Shown here: positions 34,225 to 41,469 of the stretch, in pieces
How the letters are laid out: the number at the start of each line of letters is the position of its first letter
Numbering within the stretch: position 1 is the stretch's first letter
Sequence record: SRR22947725_1805
DNA: 64,000 nt
Reading direction: 5' to 3' (one strand)
Translations under genes and position numbers: made by a program
Notes under the pieces: generated by a model
Told to the model about the DNA's origin: nothing
What the model saw: the letters and a program-made list of their open reading frames with translations, nothing else
Database searches by the model: none

Positions 34225-34938
34225 ATGAGACGCTCCGCACAGATTCGCTGGCGCCTGATCGCTGCCATCGTTATCCCCGTGTTCGGTGCGATGACGCGGA
34301 TCCGCATCACCCGTGGGTCACTGCCCGCCAAGGGCCCTTTCATCATTTCCCCCAACCACTACAGTGAGATTGACCCCATTGTGATGGGTATCGTCGTGTG
34401 GAAATTGCGGCGAACGCCCCGTTTTCTCGCCAAAGCTGCCTTGTTTCGCGTTCCTGGATTGGGGACCCTGATGCGCTTCACCGGCCAAATCCCGGTGGAG
34501 CGTAACTCTTCCGTGAAGACATCAGAGCCCCTGGAGGCTGCCAAGATTCTTACCTCCCAAGGCAGCGGATTGATTGTCTATCCCGAGGGGACACTCACTA
34601 AAGACGCAGACATGTGGCCCATGACGGGCAAGCTCGGCGCCATGCGCATGGCGTTGCAATCTGATATTCCGCTCTTCCCCGCGGCACACTGGGGCACCCA
34701 CAAACTTATGGGGCGCTATTCCACAAAAATCACTGTCATTCCGCGCTCACAAATTCACGTCATTGTGGGTGAGGAAATGGACCTCTCCGCCTACCGGGGG
34801 AAACCTGTGACGACAGCGTTGCTGGAGCAGGCCACCGAAGATTTGATGCACCACATCGCCGCCCTGGTGGGCGAGCTTCGTGGGGAAAACCCTCCTGCAA
34901 AGCTTCATAACGGTCGGGGAGAGAAGGTTCGGGGATGA
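34225..34938 (+). CDS. lysophospholipid acyltransferase (PlsC-like)
   Basis: NHYSEID (HX4D), FLAK, YPEGT. Confidence 0.9.
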   Translation: MRRSAQIRWRLIAAIVIPVFGAMTRIRITRGSLPAKGPFIISPNHYSEIDPIVMGIVVWKLRRTPRFLAKAALFRVPGLGTLMRFTGQIPVERNSSVKTSEPLEAAKILTSQGSGLIVYPEGTLTKDADMWPMTGKLGAMRMALQSDIPLFPAAHWGTHKLMGRYSTKITVIPRSQIHVIVGEEMDLSAYRGKPVTTALLEQATEDLMHHIAALVGELRGENPPAKLHNGRGEKVRG

Positions 34939-35936
34939 GAAAAGTAGCCGTATTGGGTGCCGGATCGTGGGGCACCACGTTTGCGAAAGTACTCGCGGAT
35001 GGTGAGTCCGAGGTAACCCTCTGGGCGAGACGATCCGAAATCGCCGGCGAAATTCGGGAAAGTAATCGCAACAGCGATTATTTGCCAGGCATCAATCTCC
35101 CCGCTGCGCTCAGCGCCACGGACAATTTGGAAGCGTGCGTGGCAGGGGCGAGCCAGGTGTATATCGCGGTGCCCAGCCAGCATTTGAGACACAACCTCGA
35201 GGCGCTTGCGGGCACTCTTGCCTCCGACGCAATCGTAATTTCGCTCATGAAAGGCGTGGAAGCCGGCACGGGACTGCGCATGAGCGAAGTGCTCACCGCC
35301 GCGGGAGGAATCGCCCCCGATCAAATCGCCGTGGTCAGTGGTCCCAACCTCGCTCTCGAAATCGCGCGCGAACAGCCCACAGCAGCGGTGGCCTCGTCGG
35401 TGAGCCCAGACACGGCGCGGGAGGTCGCGACTGCTGCGACAAATCACTATTTCAAAACCTTCACCAACACCGATGTGGTCGGGACAGAATTCGGCGGGGT
35501 GCTGAAAAATTTGATTGCCGTGGCCGTGGGTATCGCCGATGGTGTCGGATATGGCGAAAATACTAAAGCCAGCATCATCACACGGGGGTTGGCCGAAATC
35601 AGCGCTTTCGCAGCCGCCTTTGGGGCTGACCCCAAAACGATGTCCGGGCTCGCGGGACTGGGTGACTTGATTGCCACCTGCGAATCACCCCTGTCACGGA
35701 ACAACACCGCAGGCCGGCTTCTCGGTCAAGGCCACAGTTTCACTGACGTCGTGAAATCGATGAACCAAACCGCCGAGGGCCTCGCAGCCATCGCCCCGGT
35801 ACTGGAATTGGCGAAAGCCAAAGGTGTGGTGATGCCCATTGTCACCCAGGTCGGCCAAGTTCTTGATGGATCGCGAGACCCGCGGGAACTTGCGCCACAT
35901 TTTGCTACCGACTCTGACCTGCCCGAGGGTGAATAA
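34935..35936 (+). CDS. gpsA: NAD(P)H-dependent glycerol-3-phosphate dehydrogenase
   Basis: GAGSWGT, SGPNLA.E, LKN, GLAGLGDL.ATC....SRN. Confidence 0.96.
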   Translation: MRKVAVLGAGSWGTTFAKVLADGESEVTLWARRSEIAGEIRESNRNSDYLPGINLPAALSATDNLEACVAGASQVYIAVPSQHLRHNLEALAGTLASDAIVISLMKGVEAGTGLRMSEVLTAAGGIAPDQIAVVSGPNLALEIAREQPTAAVASSVSPDTAREVATAATNHYFKTFTNTDVVGTEFGGVLKNLIAVAVGIADGVGYGENTKASIITRGLAEISAFAAAFGADPKTMSGLAGLGDLIATCESPLSRNNTAGRLLGQGHSFTDVVKSMNQTAEGLAAIAPVLELAKAKGVVMPIVTQVGQVLDGSRDPRELAPHFATDSDLPEGE

Positions 35937-35942
35937 CCCGCG

Positions 35943-36671
35943 ATGGCGCTGGCAACACTGTGGGATTCCTCGTTCGTGGGGGAGAAGCACGGCGAAGGGA
36001 ACCCGGAGATCATCGCCCTGCATGGCTGGGGCCGAACGGGCGCTGATTTCTCCCGCGTCTTAGCGGGAACCAACGCTTTGGCCCTTCACCTGCCAGGCTT
36101 TGGCTCCGCACCCCCGCCGCCTGAGCCGTGGTCAACCAGTGAGTATGCCGATCATCTTGCTCGGGCACTAGAGGGACACCCACCCGTAGTTCTGGTGGGA
36201 CACTCCTTTGGCGGACGGGTGGCTCTGCGCCTGGCTGCGCGACACCCCGCGTGCGTGAAGGCGCTCGTTCTCGCGGGAGTGCCTTTTCTGGCTCGATCAG
36301 GTGGGGCAAAACCGCACCTCGCTTTTCGTTTGGGAAAACGGGCCAGAAAACTTGGCCTCATCTCTGAAGCGCGAATGGAGGGGCTTCGCAATAGCTATGG
36401 ATCCACTGACTACCGGGCGGCTCAGGGCGTGATGAGGGGTGTCTTGGTAAAAGCAATTGGCGAAGATTACTTTGTTGACGCCGCCATCGTTCGCGCCCCC
36501 GTCACGCTGGTGTGGGGGGAAAACGATGGGCCTGCGCCACTGTTGGGGGCGCAGAAATCCCTGGAATATTTCCCCCAGGCCACCCTGCGCGTGGTACCCG
36601 GGGCGGGACACCTCCTGGAAGGTAACCTCGAGGAAGCGTTAGCCCAAGCACTCCGAGACCTCGCCGACTAA
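35943..36671 (+). CDS. alpha/beta fold hydrolase (esterase-type)
   Basis: LHGW oxyanion loop, LPGFG, GHSFGG nucleophile, WGEND acid, GAGH catalytic His. Confidence 0.9.
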   Translation: MALATLWDSSFVGEKHGEGNPEIIALHGWGRTGADFSRVLAGTNALALHLPGFGSAPPPPEPWSTSEYADHLARALEGHPPVVLVGHSFGGRVALRLAARHPACVKALVLAGVPFLARSGGAKPHLAFRLGKRARKLGLISEARMEGLRNSYGSTDYRAAQGVMRGVLVKAIGEDYFVDAAIVRAPVTLVWGENDGPAPLLGAQKSLEYFPQATLRVVPGAGHLLEGNLEEALAQALRDLAD

Positions 36672-36679
36672 GGACACCG

Positions 36680-38239
36680 ATGCCCGAGTTAGACACCCTG
36701 GTCTTGTGGGCGGCTGTCGGCTCGGGGTTACTCGTCGCTGCGGCGCAGAATCTGAAGTGGCTTCGGGTCGCCCAGCGCGTCCATTATTTACCCCGCGAGG
36801 TCGCGCGGGTCGAGCGCTTGTGGTTTGATCGCAGACCCCTGGCCGCCCTCTGGTGGACACTCGCTGCAGCCCTCGCGCTGATCTCTGTGCAAGGACCCGC
36901 GTGGTGGGGGATGCCGTGGTTGGCGTGGGGCGCAGTGCTTGCACCGGTGATGATTCTTCCCACGCCCTGGAAACTGTCTTTCAAGGGAACCACCAGCCCG
37001 CTGGCGTGGACCCCTCGATCCCGCCGCGCCTACGGTGGCATTCTGCTGGCACAGGTGTTGGTTGGCCTGCCTGCTGTGTGGGTACTGGGACCCGCCGGAG
37101 CACTGATTCCTCTGCTGTTTACCGCAAATATTGCTGATCTCGTCCTCGGTGGTCTCTGGTATCTCGAGCGATCACTGTCGATGAAGTTCGTGAAGGACGC
37201 CCAGGCAAAACTGAAGAAGGTCAACCCCACGGTGGTAGCTATCACCGGCTCCTATGGAAAAACGTCGACCAAAGGCTATGTCGCCCAGATTGTCGCCGGC
37301 TCTCACCAGGTGGTGGCTTCACCTGCGAGCTTCAACAACATGATGGGTTTGTCGAAAACCATCAACGAACACTTGGTTCCCGGCACCTCGGTCTTTGTTG
37401 CCGAAATGGGCATGAATGCCCCGGGGCGCATTCGAGAGCTTGCCAACTGGTTTCCACCGGATATTTCCGCCATCACCGTCGTTGGCGAAGCCCACATGGA
37501 ACGTTTGGGGTCTAAAGAAGCAATTTTCCGCGCAAAGGCAGAAATCACCGAGCGTGCTCCCATCGTCGTGTTACCCATAGATCAGCCCGAGCTGCGTTCC
37601 CTCGCGGATAAGTGCGAGCGGGCGGGCAAAAGGGTGATCAGGGTGAGCGCCCAGGGCAAGAAAGCCGATGTGGTGGTGGATGTGGATTTGGGGACCCTCC
37701 GCTATGGACCCAAGGCGAATGTTGTTCCTCTTGATATCCCCTCCTTTGGACATGCGGTGAATATTGCCGTAGCGCTGGGGATTGCCCTTGCCCTTGACGT
37801 TGCTGAAGACCAGGCCAAAGCACGGGTTGCCGGCTTGCCTGTTGCCGCGCACCGCGCGGAAGTGGCCGAAAGCAGTGAGGGTGTGCTGATTATCGATGAC
37901 ACCTATAACTCAAACCCCACTGGCGCATCTCACGCTGTCAGCTCGGGCGCCGAGGCTGCGAAAAAACGCAAAGGCCCCTTTATTACTGTTACACCCGGGA
38001 TGGTGGAGTTGGGGCCTGTGCAGTTTAGGCGTAACCGCGAGCTTGCCGAAGCTGTGATCGCCGCCAATGGCACACTAATGATTGTGGGGCGCACCAACAC
38101 AAAGGCCCTACTGGCGGGGGCAAAAAATACGGCACAAGTGTTTGCGACTCGCCACGAGGCCGTCACCGCTGCCCTCCTGGCAGCGGGAGAGCGGGGCGTT
38201 ATCCTCTATGAGAACGACCTGCCCGATCACTACCCCTAA
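36680..38239 (+). CDS. murF: MurF-like Mur ligase with an N-terminal multi-pass membrane domain
   Basis: ITGSYGKTSTK P-loop, SFNN..G, EMG, H...G......K, IDDTYNSNP, TPGMVELG, ENDLPD; first ~165 aa contain several hydrophobic helices. Confidence 0.8.
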   Translation: MPELDTLVLWAAVGSGLLVAAAQNLKWLRVAQRVHYLPREVARVERLWFDRRPLAALWWTLAAALALISVQGPAWWGMPWLAWGAVLAPVMILPTPWKLSFKGTTSPLAWTPRSRRAYGGILLAQVLVGLPAVWVLGPAGALIPLLFTANIADLVLGGLWYLERSLSMKFVKDAQAKLKKVNPTVVAITGSYGKTSTKGYVAQIVAGSHQVVASPASFNNMMGLSKTINEHLVPGTSVFVAEMGMNAPGRIRELANWFPPDISAITVVGEAHMERLGSKEAIFRAKAEITERAPIVVLPIDQPELRSLADKCERAGKRVIRVSAQGKKADVVVDVDLGTLRYGPKANVVPLDIPSFGHAVNIAVALGIALALDVAEDQAKARVAGLPVAAHRAEVAESSEGVLIIDDTYNSNPTGASHAVSSGAEAAKKRKGPFITVTPGMVELGPVQFRRNRELAEAVIAANGTLMIVGRTNTKALLAGAKNTAQVFATRHEAVTAALLAAGERGVILYENDLPDHYP

Positions 38240-38260
38240 TCGGGGTTACAAGGGGATGTA

Positions 38261-39400
38261 ATGACCAACGCTTATGCCGTCGTATTTGGGGGGCCAAGCC
38301 CCGAGCATGAAATTTCCATCCTCACCGGGCTTCAGGCTGCGAGGGTATTGCACGAGGGTGGGCATGAACCGCTGTCGATCTATATCGCTCCCGGTGGCGC
38401 CTGGTATCAGGTCCCCCCGCAATCCGAGGCGAAAGACTTTCTGACCGGAGCTCCCGCGGGATCCAAAGAGCTCGAGGTGGTGCTCTCCGGTAGTCCAGGT
38501 ATTTATCCCAAAAAAGGAATGGGCAAAAAGGCCCTCGATATTGACTCAGCACTGTTGTGTTTTCACGGTGGCATAGGCGAAGGTGGTGCCGGGGCTTCGG
38601 TATTTTCGATGCTGGGAATTCCCGCGACCGGTTCGAGTGTGTTCGCCGGTGCTGTGGGAATGGACAAGTTAGCGTTTGGCGGCCTGATGATGGCGGCCAG
38701 CATCGCCACGCTGAGGAGGGAAGCACTCTCCCCAGAGCGTGACCCCTCGTTTCCTGGCCCCTACATCGTCAAACCCCGTTTTGGCGGCTCCTCCATTGGT
38801 ATCGAAATCGTCGAAGACATCACCACTGCGCGGACACTGTGCAAAACCTCCCCTCACCTTGCGGCAGGCGCCGTGCTTGAGCCTTATCGGCCGGGACTTG
38901 TCGATTTGAATATTTCTTTTCGGACCTATCCCCAGTTGGAGCTGACCGCACTGGAGCGCCCCTTGCGCCCGGAAGGCGAATCCGGCGTGTATTCCTACCA
39001 GGAAAAGTATTTGGCGGGCGGGAATTCGGGTGCCGGATTGACCCATGCGCCGAGAGAATTTCCCGCCCTTGCCCCCGAGGACATCCACCAGAAAGCCCGG
39101 GAGCTCGCCACCGCCGTGGCGGAGGTCACCCGGTTGAGTGGGATCGTTCGGGTCGATTTGCTGTGGGATGAACAAACGGGAGACGTCTTCGTCAACGAGG
39201 TGAACACTATTCCTGGGGCGCTTTCCCTCTACCTGTGGGCCCCCACCCACAAAGCGCTGACGGTGATTGTTGATGCCCTGACCGAAGCCATTGAGAGGCC
39301 TGTCATCTTCCCGCAGAGTGGGTTTGGTCAAGGCGTTGCGCTGCGGGCAGCCGGGGGTATTGCCGCAAAACTTGTCGGGCTGGGCGGGCCTCAGGCCTAG
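38261..39400 (+). CDS. ddl: divergent D-alanine--D-alanine ligase family ATP-grasp enzyme
   Basis: FGGPSPEHEIS, HG..GE.G, MDK, VKP..GGSSIG, YSY.EKY, RVD, NEVNTIPG; occupies the ddl locus. Confidence 0.82.
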   Translation: MTNAYAVVFGGPSPEHEISILTGLQAARVLHEGGHEPLSIYIAPGGAWYQVPPQSEAKDFLTGAPAGSKELEVVLSGSPGIYPKKGMGKKALDIDSALLCFHGGIGEGGAGASVFSMLGIPATGSSVFAGAVGMDKLAFGGLMMAASIATLRREALSPERDPSFPGPYIVKPRFGGSSIGIEIVEDITTARTLCKTSPHLAAGAVLEPYRPGLVDLNISFRTYPQLELTALERPLRPEGESGVYSYQEKYLAGGNSGAGLTHAPREFPALAPEDIHQKARELATAVAEVTRLSGIVRVDLLWDEQTGDVFVNEVNTIPGALSLYLWAPTHKALTVIVDALTEAIERPVIFPQSGFGQGVALRAAGGIAAKLVGLGGPQA

Positions 39401-39870
39401 TTCACAACGTCGGAGATATCCAAGCACTGCGCCACGGGCAGGGACTGGTTTCCCACAGCTCGAGAAAGATCGCGCAACACCTGGGTCCCCGACACCACGG
39501 TGGAATCCACGATGACCTCTGTGGCGGGGTCTAACCCATAGGTGGTGAAAACAAACTGTGGGTCGGCGGTGTCATCTCTGAGCCAATCAAGACCATCGAG
39601 AGTAAAACAGGGTAAAAGGTTGGGACCGGGGCGCTCTAGTCCGCAGCGAATCAACACGGCCGTGGGGTTTCCATACGCTGCCGTGGCCTGAGAGTTGACA
39701 TTGCGCGAGGGAAGATCGGCAACGGTATCCGGCAGGCGAACAATCATGTTGGCGCATTCGGGGGCATTGGCAAATTCGGCGGGGTCGAGATTCACTAACG
39801 GCGCGCAGCCGGCAACGAGGACAGTGCCCAAAAAAACGGCTAAGGCGGGGGCTGTCGCGCGCTTCTTCAC
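39397..39870 (-). CDS. DUF3515-like lipoprotein
   Basis: Lipobox VAGC, LP..V, ATAAYG.P..V..RCG, TTYG..PA.EV; conserved position between ddl and thiL. Confidence 0.75.
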   Translation of the reverse strand: MKKRATAPALAVFLGTVLVAGCAPLVNLDPAEFANAPECANMIVRLPDTVADLPSRNVNSQATAAYGNPTAVLIRCGLERPGPNLLPCFTLDGLDWLRDDTADPQFVFTTYGLDPATEVIVDSTVVSGTQVLRDLSRAVGNQSLPVAQCLDISDVVN

Positions 39871-39894
39871 ACCACTCAGGCTAGCGTGGTGGGT
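39871..39894. promoter_or_regulatory. candidate bidirectional promoter (overlapping -10 boxes)
   Basis: TAGCGT (+, 39882-39887) and TAGCCT (-, 39883-39878) share the central TA; each lies 7 nt from its start codon. Confidence 0.55.
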
Positions 39895-40875
39895 ATGTCA
39901 CCTCCTGAGATAGAGCGCGATGATCAACGCTCCCTCGGCGTTGCTGGCGAAGGGGCGGCGCTGGCCGCCCTCCTTCCCTTGTTGCCCTCAGCAGGCCTGG
40001 CAACACTGGGCCCGGGGGATGATTCTGCGGTACTTGGTGTCCCCGATGGGCGCGTGGTGATCAGCTGCGACATGATGATCGAGGGGCCAGATTTTCGCAG
40101 GGACTGGTCGAGTTTGGGTGATGTGGGATTCAAGGCGATAGCCAGCAACGCCGCTGATATCGCCGCCATGGGGGCTGTCGTAACCGGGTATGAAATTGCG
40201 GTCGCCGCCCCACCAGCTACTACGGTCGGGGAACTCAAAGAGTTAGCCAGGGGTTTTGCCGAGGGGATTGCTGCTCTTACCCCGGGGGCTGGGGTGCTCG
40301 GGGGAGACCTCTCCCGATCCCCAGTGTTCACTATTGCCGTGACAGTTTTGGGTGATCTGGAGGGTTTAGCACCTGTGACGCGAGCGGGTGCTAGGCCCGG
40401 AAATGTGCTGGCCCTCGCGGGAGAGCGGGGTCTGTCCCATCGAGGACTCACCCTCTTGCGGGCAGCGCCAGACGCCGCTGCCCTGCACGCTTTACACGAA
40501 GGGAATTCCTCGGTGGCGCACCACCTGCGGCCGGTTCCTCCGGTTCCTCTCGGCCCTGTGGCAGCACAAGCAGGCGCCACCGCCATGATGGACGTGTCCG
40601 ATGGGCTGGTGCTGGATGCCACCCGAATGGCCCGGGCGAGCGGAGTGCAGATGGAACTTGATTCGGCGCTGGAGTGGGACGAGAGCTCGCTCTTTGGCGG
40701 GGAAGACCATGGACTTCTCGCGTGTTTCCCTGCGGGGGTGGACCTCCCGGCCGGATTTATCGCTATCGGTGTTGTCCAGGGTCCGACCGCACAAGCACCC
40801 GTCGTGCTGGCGGGCTATGACCTTCAGTCTTCGCTGGGCGGTTGGGACCCCTTCGGTGACCACGTCGCAGAGTAA
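39895..40875 (+). CDS. thiL: thiamine-phosphate kinase
   Basis: GPGDDSAV, D..IEG.DF, N.ADIAAMGA, GGD, R.GA.PG, MDVSDGL, GGEDH. Confidence 0.93.
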   Translation: MSPPEIERDDQRSLGVAGEGAALAALLPLLPSAGLATLGPGDDSAVLGVPDGRVVISCDMMIEGPDFRRDWSSLGDVGFKAIASNAADIAAMGAVVTGYEIAVAAPPATTVGELKELARGFAEGIAALTPGAGVLGGDLSRSPVFTIAVTVLGDLEGLAPVTRAGARPGNVLALAGERGLSHRGLTLLRAAPDAAALHALHEGNSSVAHHLRPVPPVPLGPVAAQAGATAMMDVSDGLVLDATRMARASGVQMELDSALEWDESSLFGGEDHGLLACFPAGVDLPAGFIAIGVVQGPTAQAPVVLAGYDLQSSLGGWDPFGDHVAE

Positions 40876-41408
40876 ACCACCGTGTCGCCGTATTTTTTGT
40901 CCTCCCAAGGCTCGAACCCTGCAGGCCACGCAGGGGCCCGGGACCGTGTCGATCGCTCGATGACAACCCAGGCGCCATCGGTGAGCCACGGCTCCAGGGC
41001 GCTAAGAATGTCCTCGATACCCTCGAACTCATAGGGCGGGTCAAGAAACACGCCATCCACTGTGAGGGTGGGGGGAGCCTGGAGGTAAGACTCCACCCGA
41101 GCGGAGACTGCCTGCAGCGTTGTTGCGGAGGGGAGGGTGGGGCTCACCGTTGCGATGTTTCTTCGGATGACCTTTTGCGCGCCGGAGTGGTGTTCCACCA
41201 TCACCACGTGGCGTGCTCCGCGGGAGGCAGCCTCCAAGCCCAAAGCTCCGGTTCCTGCAAACAGATCGAGGATAGTTCCGTGGAAGCCTTCCCGGGCTTC
41301 CAACCGAGAAAATATGGCCTCACGAACGCGATCGGAGGTCGGGCGGGTGGTAGGTCCCGGTGTGGCCAAGCGCAGCGAGCCTGCGCTGCCTGCAATGATT
41401 CGGGTCAC
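40824..41408 (-). CDS. rsmD: 16S rRNA m2G966 methyltransferase
   Basis: MTRIIAG, RPTSDRVREA.F, LDLFAGTGALGLEA.SRGA, DPPY. Confidence 0.93.
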   Translation of the reverse strand: MTRIIAGSAGSLRLATPGPTTRPTSDRVREAIFSRLEAREGFHGTILDLFAGTGALGLEAASRGARHVVMVEHHSGAQKVIRRNIATVSPTLPSATTLQAVSARVESYLQAPPTLTVDGVFLDPPYEFEGIEDILSALEPWLTDGAWVVIERSTRSRAPAWPAGFEPWEDKKYGDTVVYSATWSPKGSQPPSED

Positions 41409-41469
41409 CCCACAACGCTAGCGGGATTTTGGTGATGCCCGGGGGTAGGGCGCTAGCGTTGAGGGGTGA
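41405..41469. repeat. 19-bp inverted repeat (18/19 match) covering both divergent starts of rsmD and recG
   Basis: TCACCCCACAACGCTAGCG (41405-41423) versus CGCTAGCGTTGAGGGGTGA (41451-41469), 27-bp spacer. Confidence 0.8.

Noticed and set aside
33015-34355. Long antisense ORFs (446 aa opposite murA; also 29478-30893, 51913-52935, 58927-59919, 12653-13510)
   Set aside because: These are shadow frames of real genes, expected from high-GC codon bias, with no recognisable motifs.
38261-39400. vanA/vanHAX-type glycopeptide resistance cluster
   Set aside because: There is no D-lactate dehydrogenase, VanX or VanRS, and the omega loop keeps Tyr, so resistance cannot be claimed from sequence.
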